From Takakia lepidozioides (taxonomy: Eukaryota > Plantae > Bryophyta): DNA of 64,000 bases. The notes beneath the pieces are model-generated. The model saw only the letters and a program-made list of their open reading frames with translations, did no database searches and was not told the DNA's origin. Location of the stretch: contig CM060734.1 of the NCBI GenBank assembly GCA_030704615.1, forward strand, positions 43,958,001 to 44,022,000, written 5' to 3'. Made by a program: the position numbers and the translations under genes. Positions 52,646 to 64,000 of this stretch are shown piece by piece. Position 1 is the first letter of the stretch; every line of letters begins with the position of its first letter.

Positions 52646-54163
52646 TACAAATCCAATTCAAACTTTAGCATTCAATGTTTTGATTTACATTCATGCCATG
52701 AGTATCTGAAAATACCACAACAACCCACAAGATCAAACCATTATCAACCTCCTTAACGAGACCAACACTACCGCCCCCTCTACTATTTCCACACTTCACA
52801 TAATAATACCCCCTAAACTTGGCTCTCTACCCTAGTCGAAATCGATAAAAACGGCAAAAAAATACCACTAAACAAACCCAAATAAATATTAACAAAGTCA
52901 TCAAGAAATACAGACACCTCCTCAAAACCAAATCATGACAAAAAGATCTTCAACCCCATCCAGACTATAGAACTAGAAAACATCCAAACCCAAGATCATG
53001 AAATTCACAAAAACCAATTACATGCATTGAAAAGAGTTAACAAAGATTAAGAGTAATTCAATTATAAGGATAAGCAGTAAATATTACATATACTATTATA
53101 ACGGCACAAATGTCTTAGGAAACCATTAGAAATATGACTAAATAACTGAAAAACTTGTAAAAATATGTCATTTTTTAAACAAAATAGAATACCAAAAAAA
53201 TAACAATGTTAACTAGATATAAATATATAAATTAAACAATTTATCAATAAAAATAAACAGTTGTAAAAAACTATTAAATTTTTATAGATAATAAATAAAT
53301 AAAAGTTAACAGATAACATAATAGATAATAGATAAATTTTTACAGATAACAGATAAATATAAGTAATTATACTCTTAAAAATATGTTATACTGTCATTAT
53401 GAGCGTAAGCATTAACCAACAACTATGCAACAGAAACATAAATAAATAGTTAATTTTGGAGTTTTAGAGATCAAGTATAACATTAAGTAATATAGCATGA
53501 TTATAGAAAATACTACACAAATGTGCTAGAAAACTGTAGATAATAGAGTAATATTTTATTAATGGCAAGTTTCAACAAATAAAAAAATCAACCTAATTAA
53601 ACATCTTCAGAAAGATGCAAAATACCTGAGCATAAGTAAACCTTGAATGATTATAAGTATATTAATGATATCATCTATCACTACTACTAATATGTTGAAA
53701 CAGTCCCTTTATAAATCCGTAACCAATACTTTTAACCCTTAAGTTCCCAAGCGACTTGAATCGGGTCACTTTGATTTTTCAGTTCGACCTAATTTTTGCA
53801 GATCTAATCTGATGGGGCCCACTCCTGAAGCTTTAATGACAAGGGATTCACCTTGAGTATGATGCAAAAAGAAAAATTATATAAAAAAATTTTAAAAAAA
53901 AAAAAAAAACTACGACCTACAGAAAATATCTTAGATAATTTTTAACGTTTTGGGCCTGAAAAGGGCTTGTTGACCGCTGACGTGGAAACAATGTTTAGGG
54001 CACGCCAGCAGCCCACCCAATGGCCCTTATTTTTGGGACGGGTGGGGGTGGTGCATGTTGGACAATGGGGATGGGTTAAGATCTTGGAATGTTACTTTCT
54101 TTGCCTTGAAGGCTATATGTAATGTGAGTCGGCCCTTTACTGTGGAGTGTCTATGCGCCTTCA

Positions 54164-54613
54164 TTGTGCTTTCAATTTACAAGTTTGCTCATGGCTGTGA
54201 AGAGGGAATTATGTACTATATCTCAGAGCTTCAGCTCTCTACTTGCATTGTCATTGGAGTCATTAGAGTCAGCTAAGAGTGTTGTTAGAGAGTGGGCAGT
54301 AAGTGTTCAACATGCAAGTGATGAGCAAGTAGAAAAAATCCTTGGTTGTTTGTGTGCACCTGTTTTGGAGTCTCTTCCTGTACCACCCAAGTGTAATCCT
54401 TGGCCTTTGCATCCCTTACCTACAAATTATAGGTATTTTTGGAGGAGACAAGTTGTTGAGATACTAGGGTGGACTGAGAGAAGAGAAGAAGGAGACCCTA
54501 GGGGTTTTAGTGAGGAGGTCAATTTCTGCTTGAGAGAGAATGTCTGGCCAGATGGGCCATCTCAGAATGAAGCAATTAGCTCGAGAGAACCCAAGAAAGC
54601 AAAAAAGAAATGA
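54164..54613 (+). CDS. Putative accessory ORF of the piggyBac element, unknown function
   Basis: A 149-codon open frame with protein-like composition (NYRYFWRRQVVEILGWTERR...CLRENVWPD, basic KKAKK tail) inside the TIRs, upstream of the transposase. The start is uncertain. Confidence 0.45.
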   Translation: MCFQFTSLLMAVKRELCTISQSFSSLLALSLESLESAKSVVREWAVSVQHASDEQVEKILGCLCAPVLESLPVPPKCNPWPLHPLPTNYRYFWRRQVVEILGWTERREEGDPRGFSEEVNFCLRENVWPDGPSQNEAISSREPKKAKKK

Positions 54614-55051
54614 CTGTGCATCCCTCATAAGCCCCCCTGCTGTAGTCATGACACGCCCAAGGCTGGAAAGCAGCAACAATCGTAGGATCTCTCTCTTCAA
54701 TTCACCCAAGGGCAAGAACATCATGAGTCAGCCTGTAGCAAGTATTTTTCCAGATTCAGGCCCCAGTTTTGTTGGATATGCAGAAGCTGGGTCTAACTGC
54801 AACTTCCAAAGCCCTGTTACACAAATTGTGACTTGGGTCTGGAAGGTAAGGTTGCCTGCTACTCAGTTGCCTAGTTCTAGCTCTATTGTGAGAGATGAAG
54901 AAGAGTGGGTCATTGGTCAAGTGCTGGAGACATATGGTAGGACTGGTGGGGGTCCAAGAATGTTGATTGTGGACCGTGGGCTCTATGGCATGCATCATGT
55001 CTGTTCAAATGTGTGTGAGGAGGTGACTTGTAGCTTGGGGAATGTGGAAGG

Positions 55052-56736
55052 TTGCATGGGGGATCTGTTCCTATGGGAGCTAGTGATGCTGATGTTCAGC
55101 CTATATATGTTGGTGATTCTGAGGACGAAGAAGACTTCTATGTGGGTGGGGATGTTGAGGATGATGCCACTTTGGATCTGAATTCATTCTTTGAAAGCTT
55201 TAAGAACCAACATTGGAATTCTACCCACACCACCTTTGCTAGCAAAGATAGGGAGAGGTTTGTAGGAGCCTCACCTTCTGGACCTGTTTTGCCCGACAAC
55301 TTTGGAGGTTCTATTTTGGGCTTCTTCCAATCTTCTGGAGTCCAGCCACCTTGGCTCGGATTTGTTTCCAATCTAATTTGTATGCAATGGAAGTAGTGGG
55401 GAATAGCACAAGAGGTGGTGAAGGATGGACTGTCCTTAAGGTTCCCGAGTTGAGGGCATGGATTGGGGTGGTGTTATACATGGGCATAAAGAAGTTGCCA
55501 AGTGTTGGTTGCTATTGGCAAATTGGTGAGCCTTTCTTTGCATGCCCTGTCATCCGTCGGATAATGAGCAGAAACAGGTTTCAGTCTATCATGAGGTGTT
55601 TGCATTTGGTGGAGAACTCCACACTTGTCCAAGATAGGGCCGATCCTTTGCATGATAAGTTGGGGAAGGTGAGATTGCTATGTGAGCTCATTGCAAAGAG
55701 GTGTGAGGACCTATGGAACCTAAATAGGGTCTTGACAATTGATGAGATGATGATAAGGTACAAGGGCAAGTACTGCCCTATCCGCCAGTACATGCCTAAG
55801 AAGCTTGTGAAATGGGGAATCAAGGTGTGGTGCTTGGCAAATTCTGTGATATCTTATGTTTACAGGTTTGATGTGTATTGTGGGAAGAATGGGGGCCTTG
55901 GAAGGAGGAAGGCGGGTGGCAAAGGACAAGGATATGATGTGGTAATGGGCTTGCTTGGTGGGTTGCATTGCCTTGGCCACATTGTGGTGACTGACAATTT
56001 CTTCACTAGTGTTGTTTTGGTCCATGACATGGCAAACATGGGGACTTGGGCCACTGGAACTGTGAGAGCGAACAGGAAGGGCCTGCCAACGTCTTTGATT
56101 TCTCGCTTGAAGATGAAGGGGTGGAAACAGGGTGATAGTTACTACAAGATGCATAACTGTCGTGACATGGCTGTTGTAATGTGGTTTGATAAGAAGGCAG
56201 TCTTCCTGATGTCTTCTGCTGCCAAACCTGTCACTGGCCCTAATTCTCCTGTATGTGTGCAAAGGTTTGTGGGCAACAAAAGGGTAATGATACCCTCCTC
56301 TCCTATCCATGTCCAGTATCAAGCTTTCATGAGAGGAGTGGATGTTCAGGACCAAATGAGGGGAGCTTACAGCATGCAAACCAAAAGCCACAAATGGTGA
56401 CATAGGGTGATGTTCTTTTTGCTGGACACTTCTATGGTGAACTGCTGGATTCTGCATTCCAGCCACATGAGGGCAATTAACAGTGATGCCATGACACATT
56501 TGGAGTTCAATCTGGCACTGGCACGACAATTATCCTTGGGCACTTTCACTTCCTTGGAAAGGCGGTCCATATTTAAGCCTCATAAGTGGGCAATCCATCA
56601 GTCTTTGCACTCACCTTCTAGGTGCAGGTGTCAGGTGTGCAAGTGTCGCACACATTTCTACTGTCCACAGTGCGGGCACACTTCCCTTTGTCTTGGGAAG
56701 TGTTGGCAAAGAGCCCATATCATGCGTGCAAGGTAG
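55052..56736 (+). pseudogene. piggyBac DDD transposase (one frameshift, one nonsense codon)
   Basis: Motifs MSRNRFQSIMRCLH, TIDEMMIRYKG (D1), QYMPKK.VKWGIKVW, VTDNFFTS (D2), TGTVRANRKG, MRGVDVQDQ (D3) and a C-terminal Cys-rich domain CQVC...CPQC...LC...C...H. A 1-nt deletion near 55331 and TGG>TGA at 56398-56400. Confidence 0.95.
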
Positions 56737-57031
56737 AGCCTTTCAGCCATGCAGCCTTCAGCAAGGTAGAGCCTTTCATTGATTTCTAGTTCTAGCTATT
56801 CAGTTGCCTAGTTTCAACCATGATGGATCTATTTCTGCTGGTACTAGTCGATGTGTTCCTTTCTAGGCTTAATTTATGTGTTCATATTTCCATCTCTCTA
56901 ACTTGTGTTCCTTTTTGTGTGTCCATTGTATGTGCATGATGGCAGGGGTGTGCAAGTGGTGTTCTTGGGCTGGATTGCTCCCTTCATGGGGTGTGGGTTA
57001 GCTATAGGCTGAGGGTTATTTGTTGAGTTAT

Positions 57032-57418
57032 AGGGGAGGGGGGGATGCATGTACATGTACATATGTACATGTATGGGCTGGGTTTTAGGTGAGGGTGGGG
57101 AAGCTTATAAGGATTGTTGTTTACTATTATAGATGGTGAATCAATCTTTGTGAGGTTTTTGGGGTTGCTATGGTGGGGTTGGGGGCTGGCTGCAAATCAT
57201 GCATGGCTGTTTTCTTTAGCTGGGGGAGGGGGGGATGCATGTACATGTACATATGTACATGTATGGGCTGGGTTTTAGGTGAGGGTGGGGAAGCTTATAA
57301 GGATTGTTGTTTACTATTATAGATGGTGAATCAATCTTTGTGAGGTTTTTGGGGTTGCTATGGTGGGGTTGGGGGCTGGCTGCAAATCATGCATGGCTGT
57401 TTTCTTTAGCTGGGGGGA
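57032..57418. repeat. ~190-bp near-perfect tandem duplication inside piggyBac, followed by a poly-G tract
   Basis: GGGGAGGGGGGGATGCATGTACATG... at ~57032 and ~57222. Long G run at ~57449-57476. Confidence 0.9.
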
Positions 57419-60099
57419 TACATGTTGCTTTGCTTTTTGGGGGTAGATGGGGGGGGGGGGGGGGGGGGGGGGGGGGTACTGTCTGCAAGTTGGGCAGACA
57501 ACGGGTTCAAGCCCTGCACAGTCCTTGGTATGAGTAGAGGAGAAGAGAAACAAAAGTTAGAGAGATGGAAATATGAACAAGGCAGGCAAAAAACTGAAGG
57601 CAACAAGCATAGCTCAAGGATCTTATTTTCAAAAATGAACTTATTCAAAAATTTGACAAAGAGGTGGCTTTTTTGGAAAACAGGTAAAGTAGTTGGGGAA
57701 GAGGTAAGGAGGGGTTGACATGATGAAACGCAGGGCTCTCCACGGGCCCACCGCTGCAATGTAAAGGGTAAGGGGAGACGGCCAAAATGTTGCCCTCCGA
57801 AATAGAGTATATTCTGTCGGAAAATACCGCCTGAGCTGCGCCTGAAATGCTAGTAGGGATCAGAATTCAGATCGCACTCCAAAGGCCATTTTTGGGAGAA
57901 AATTAGCAATTTTGTAAAAAGAACTTCACCTTGTGGTGTGTGAGCATTACATACACACATCCACCGTTGGCTTTTAAATTTTTTGTACAAAAAAAAATAC
58001 TTCATTTGGAGCAACATTTTCTCTTGTCAATTTTGAGATTTCAACCCCTATGTAATTGCATGCAAAACAACCATAGATGGAAAAATCGGTTGGACTTGCA
58101 ATTTAGTGGGGTCATAGCCACTCCACTATTGATTTGGAAATGGTGGGTCTTGGGACAAGCAAAATTGGATAAAGCTAGGTTTTGATTTGGTCAAACCAAT
58201 TTTTTTCTCACTTTCTCTTTGGGACCTGATATTTGAGGTCCGGGCCAATGATATAATCTCACAATTTCCACGGTGGACTTGGCTCATTTTTTGGTATGTC
58301 ATGCATAAAGGAGTTGGGCCCACTCCTATAAGGCTGGAATCTCTGGATGATTCTTGGTAGGTTTCTAGGGGCAATTTACTGCAGCTGGGTACCTAAAATT
58401 GGTGAAAAGTCCAAAAAGGGCTTGGGAACTTAAGGGTTAAGTTTATGTTTGTAACACATTAGGTGTAATTTGTCTACATATACGGAATGAAAATCATAAA
58501 TTTTAAAATCTCAAAACATTGTTAAAACGTCAAAATATTATCACAAAATTAAACAAATAAATTGTAGTAGTGAAACATGCAAGAGGTTTTGGCTCGTTAG
58601 CACATTATCGCTCTCAGTTCCCAACTTCCCAATGTCCTTCGGCGCAACAAACCCAAAGATGCAAAAAATACATGTACACTACTACCATATGTGTCCTTTA
58701 ATGTCACACATCCTTGGTCACTGAAGGAACATCCATTCTAGCACAGTGGTAGATTTGGGGATTCTTGAGTGACCAAGGATGTGTGCTACATGGTACATAT
58801 GCTGGTAGTGGTAATTGGGTGATGCACAATTGTTTATGAAGGACCACAATAGTCTTGCACCTAATGGGTTTACAAAAAGTGGTAATCTCGCGACTTGGGT
58901 GGGCAATTTTGAAACCCACTAATGGATGTATAGAGTGAATTTCAGGAAGCCTTTGATGAGCCCTCATCATACATATTGACAAACATTTAGACCGGAATTG
59001 GTCATCTCTATGGTTTTTTTCCTTCACCTTCACTCACTTTTGCAATAAAAAAGTTCTGGCAAGGACGGCTAGGGAAAGCCAAGAGAACCAACCCATACTT
59101 TTGCACTACACCATACGAAAAGGTGGGAAATAAAATTTGTGGAGGTTCCCATGACTTCCAGGACATCCTAAAGTTGAATTCTCTTTAGTTCTTTTCCATC
59201 TCCAATGCACAATCTTAAGAAATAAGAATTTCTTCATGAGTTAAATTAGCTGAAATCTTACAATCATGTTGTTTATAACCTAGGCTATAATCACAAACAA
59301 AATGAGAAGTTAGACAAAATGTGTTGTCCTCATACATGTGTAGCAAGTATATCCTAGAGTAGAGATGTTACTATAGAAAGGTTCAAATCAAGATCTCATT
59401 TTATAATCTTATATATATGATTACCAACCAGCCCCAAAGCCCACATTCATGACAATTATATTTAAATTTTAAACCAATAATTTCATCCCGGGTGATGCAC
59501 GATAGTTACAATATGATGGTCCTTCGTAAGTATCATGCATCACCCTTTACAAACCCAAAGATGCACGATAGTTACGAAGGACCACAATAATCTTGTATGT
59601 TCAAAACATTGTGACCAATTATCCACACTAATTACTTTATTTGGAATTATTTGGAGGGAAAAAATTAAACCCTCGGGAACACCATAAGGCACACACACCG
59701 ATGTCAATGAATTACAATCTTTCCTACTCTTGGTCGAGTATAAACGAACCATACTACTCTGATCGAGTAAAGAGAACCTTACTAATAATTGCTTTGTAAT
59801 TATCAAAGCATCCCCAGGGCAAAACGCCTGGGGATTTATGAAAAAGTAGCTACATCACAGAACGTGGGTGTATCCTGGAGGCGATTGAGTGATTTCAGCT
59901 AGGACATACTTCAGAGTTACCATACATTAGCGAAAGTGGAGCCTCGACTGTTTGGCGCCCTCCTTGACGTGCTTCCAGTTTATGTGTTTGTCACATTCCG
60001 GCGATGCGGTGGATGGTGGTACTGATGTTGCTCTAGCTGGGTGGTGGCTGCTTGTTCCATTCGCAGTGATCGTTGGAGACGCTTCTGCAGATAATGCCT

Positions 60100-62500
60100 T
60101 GATGTGCCCAGGTAGAGACGAAGGCAGAGTGCAGTTGCCCTGCAATCCGCGGTTTCTTTTTTATGTCAGCTACTAGTTTGATCTAGGCTCTCTTGGATTC
60201 AATTCGTAAGTCATAGTATATGGCTGAAAGAAGTGCTGATACTGAGCAGGTGGTTCCAGAGAATGTTCGTTTACATCTCGCTTTCCACAAGTGCCAAAGG
60301 GTGGCACATCTAAGAGTGTCAAAGACTGGACAATCACTGGCTCTGCTTTTTGAGGATCTGTCATAGTTTACCATAATTCCAAGCAAGGTTAAGGGTTGGC
60401 CGTTCCAATGCCCATAGAAAGAGCGAATGTGCGGCCATATCGAGGCAGGGGCATGGCAGTAAAGAAGACAGTGTTCTTGCGATTCCATAATAGCTACTGA
60501 ATAGCATTTACAAATAAGGGCATCATTATACCCCAACCATTCTCCAACCTTCAGAACTTTGTCTGCTATTTGCCACAAGAATGCCACCATCTTCCGGTCT
60601 GGCTTTGGTCCAAATGATCCTCCAGATCGATTCCCAGCTTTCGTTGTGAAAGTCGAAGTGACTCCACTTTTCGTTCCACTTCGCCAGGAGGGGAGGGGCT
60701 TGCGACAGTGCTGTAAATCCTTCCTTAGTTGTATATGTGAAGAATGGGATAGGGGTGCGGGTTAGTTTCCAAGACCACTCCTGCGGATCGAAGTCTAGCG
60801 CTGGAAGAGGCCTGCCAAGGACCTTTGGGAGACGAGCCATGCAAGAGGAGGTTGGTTCAGGGGGGGTTGCGGGTTGGTGTCTTTGGTTGGGGAGGTCCAG
60901 CAGCAGATGCTGACAGGATGTATGGACAGCGAGGGAAGGATTGGATGTTGTTGTCTTGGATTGAAAGGGTGAGGGTATTAGTGTCAATGTGAAAGGAGTA
61001 ACCTTCAAGGGATGGTCTGTAGTAGAAACCACAAAGATAATAGTAAGTGTGTTGGAAATGATAACGAGAGTCCAGTAATTGGAGAAGGGGTTTGAGAGTC
61101 CCGCCAAGAGACTGTTGATCCAAGGGGGTGGGATGCTTTGGATAATGGAATCACAACTATTGTTCGCTCTGATTTTTTTTTACTATGGTAGTGGTTTTGT
61201 CTTTGGAGAGCAGTGTCGCGGCCTTTTGCCTTGAGGGCAGGGGGTCGGGACATAAGAGGGGCTGCCCCTATGGTGGGGGCAGTGGCAACAATAGGTATGG
61301 GGGCTGAAGCACCCTTGAGTGCCCAAAGCACTCAAGGAGGCAAAGGCACTCACTAGGTGGAGCCCCCGCACACCGGGTTGCGGTGGGGGTGGTTCCATGG
61401 GGGGGGGGGGGGGTAGCTTAGTGGGTCTTAGTGGGGGTGGGCATAGGACTCACCATGGGGCGAAGATCTTGTGGTGGGAGTCGTGGGGAGTCTTGGGACT
61501 CATCACAGTCCATTGGGTTGGAAGTTAGGCGCGCGTATCAAAGCGAGTAACTATGACATAAAGGGGAGCTTACCGAAGTGAGGTGCATGACAAGCAAGCT
61601 GCCCTGTTTCCAAACGTCTCCTACTTTACTGATCCCTTTGGAGTCCCAGCCCGCCCATTTTTTTGCCTACTACCTTTGGATTGGGGTGGTAACGTTAGAG
61701 TTCAAGAATAGTGATTGTCTGAGGGTTTGGAAGTATGATGTGGGCTCCGTTTTTGCTAGAAATGGTCTCAGTTGTGACCATGCTTGCCATATGGTTGTCC
61801 ATAGAGGGGATCCAGTTGTCTTGTGTCTAAAACCGTTGACTATCCATCTGTAAGAGGGCTGCCATGAGACAGACTTGAGGGGGGATGCCATGACTATACT
61901 ATCTGCAACTAGGAATTTCCATCAGCCCCCCTCAGGGCCTAAGAATCTCGGGATCCATTTGCCCAAAAGGGTTGTGATCCGTTTGTCCAAATCAATGATG
62001 CCAAGGCCCCCTTTCTTTTTGGGGAGACATATCTGTTTCCACAAGACCTGCGGGCGTTTTTCCATTATGTTTGGCTACCCCCCAGATGTAGTTCTTCAAG
62101 AGTTTTTTTTGCTTCTTTGATGTTTGATGAGGCAGGTCTCCAAAATGCAACGAAGTACCACAGACCTGATGACAAGATCTGGTTGGTTGACAAGGCCTTC
62201 CCTGTAATGGATAGGAAGTAAGAGCCCCAATATGTCAATTTTGTCTTAAGCTTCACTATTGTGGGCTGGAAACGTTGCTGGTCTGTGAGATCAATGCCAT
62301 ATGTGTACCCTAGGAGTATGGTTGTTTCACCTGGCTTTAGCCATTGCAATCTTTTGTCCAATCCCCAGGTTGGCTGGTTCCCAATCTGGGATTTCGAGGT
62401 GTCCCCTACCAGTAAGGCACATGTCTTACCCCAGTTGACTTTAAATCCAGATGCGTGGCAAAAAGTTTCCAGGGTTTGTACTTTGTTGTGGTTACAGTAT
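60100..62500 (-). mobile_element. 5'-truncated, decayed L1/non-LTR retrotransposon (RT C-terminus and zf-RVT)
   Basis: Motifs FCHASGFKVNWGKT, LTYWGSYFLSITGKAL..NQIL, ICLPKKKGGLGIID, CKCYS...ESQEHCLLYC and WHLWKARCKRTF. Unrelated sequence at ~60900-61590 interrupts it. Confidence 0.85.
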
Positions 62501-63239
62501 TCCCAAATTAATATGGGTGACTTACTTAGTAGTATTATCATATAAAATTGGTGTGTGTTGAATATGAAGAATCACGCAATTAATTTCATATACATGTTTG
62601 CCACAAGAAGTCATGTGGATCACATGAAGCTCACAGAAAAACTCCATTGAATACATTAATTATGTGCACAAAATAAATTTGTTATGTACCACACTAATTC
62701 TTCACCCCATTATCAATGTTCTTAAACTACATCAATTATCCCTACTAGTGTGGGCCACTCTAATTCCGAACACCCACAGTCCGAGTTGATATGCAAAGTG
62801 TGACACAAGTACTTACAAAATATCAACCAGTTTTTTAACGCCATTCAGATGCTTATTTTTACTAACCCACGCTATTCATGAACCCACACTATTAGGAGCA
62901 ATCGGTGTAGTATATGATGTAATTGGTGTACATAGTTGGTAATAATCTGAAACCCACTTATAACGTAAGTTATTGTCGATCCAGTCACTCTTTTCTCCTG
63001 AGGCCCTCAGAAATGCTTCAAAGTGAGCAGACGCTGCATGTTGAATGTGAGCATTATGGGTTCGTGAATTGCAGGACCAACCCAAAGATGAGGACCATGT
63101 ACTTCAATCATGAATGGAAGAGTTGGTGCTCCCAAGAAGTAGTCCTCATGACAGGCTTTTTGCACTTCCCGGAGGGAGGGGTGCCAAAGGAGGGGTGCCA
63201 AAACGCTTCACCTCCCTCCCCACAGTAGAAAATGAGATA

Positions 63240-64000
63240 ACAGATACACAACGATTCGAACCGGCATTGGTAAAACTAAGGAGAAAGCTGGCATACTGGT
63301 CCTTGACACACCTTACCTTCACAAGTAGGGTCCTCATTGCAAATCAGGTACTCATGGCAGGCATACATATGGTTCTTCTCGGTCATTTGGGCCCCTTCGG
63401 CCAGCATTGTGAAAGAGGCGCAAAATATGATAAAGAACTTCATCTTGGAGTATGAAGCAGAGGAACTAGCAAGAGACCAAAACTGCCCGATGGGCACATC
63501 TGGTTAGGTCCCAAATAGAGGGGAGGCTAGGGTCTTGGACCTCAGCACACAAATACTGGCGCTACTGGCTAAATGGGTGCCAAGAATCTTTGACTTTAAA
63601 AACGAACCATGGAAGATGGTGGTTTGGGAAAACATACATAACGCTTCCAGGACGCTTCCCCACACTCCTCGCCCCTCTGGCTACCATCACCGAGATGGGC
63701 CTTCAATGGAGCAGTGCACAAAATAAACTGGAATATTGGCCTTGTGACATACAATATGGGTGGCCTGGAATTCCTGCAGGGGAGGATTGGAGCTTATCCC
63801 CCCAACCTCAAAAACCCAAATACTGGACATGCCTATCTTTTACAATCACTGCAATCCGGAAAACTTGATAGAAGCAGGGAACTCTCCCAGATGGGCAAGA
63901 TGGGAATCATTTGGAGTCTCTAGATGGAGACACATATGGCAAGGAACACAAATCAAACAACCACCTACCTTTGGAAACTTGATTGGCACGGAAGCGTGAG
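63240..64000 (+). mobile_element. Second L1 remnant in opposite orientation, runs off window
   Basis: QRFEPALVKLRRKLAYWSLTHLTFTSRVLIANQVL; DLSTQILALLAKWVPR. Confidence 0.8.

Larger units (their letters stand above)
53736..58436 (+). mobile_element. Full-length piggyBac-superfamily transposon (4701 bp)
   Basis: TTAA at 53732-53735 and 58437-58440. Perfect 17-bp TIRs CCCTTAAGTTCCCAAGC. Encodes a piggyBac transposase. Confidence 0.96.

Noticed and set aside
55720-56529. 269-aa minus-strand ORF
   Set aside because: Antisense shadow of the piggyBac transposase.
57304-57759. Poly-Gly/poly-Pro ORFs
   Set aside because: Translation artefacts of the poly-G tract.

Overview
Eukaryotic nuclear DNA from a land plant, most likely a non-seed plant (bryophyte, lycophyte or fern; inferred from spliceosomal introns, PLS-type PPR fragments, STP and KMD-like genes and the TE repertoire). 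The window is TE-rich and holds one clearly intact host gene, an F-box/kelch gene at 40738-41967. Positions 1-17319 are a nested insertion stack. A sugar-transporter (STP) pseudogene is interrupted by a copia retrotransposon. The copia is interrupted by two non-autonomous CACTA elements carrying scrambled fragments of a gene that joins OSB-type PDF motifs to PPR repeats. One CACTA contains a Mutator-like element. That element encodes a decayed GCM/WRKY-like + DDE + SWIM transposase and, divergently, an intron-containing gene with a ParB/sulfiredoxin-like WDGNHR motif, and it carries two clusters of a 22-bp palindrome. This is the best candidate for an undescribed system. The window also contains a full-length piggyBac element (TTAA TSD, 17-bp TIRs, near-intact DDD transposase, extra upstream ORF), a ~152-bp satellite array, hAT-like MITEs, a decayed zf-XS-like/coiled-coil gene, a tRNA-derived SINE-like head, an LTR and L1 remnants. 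All family calls come from motif recognition by eye; no searches were run.
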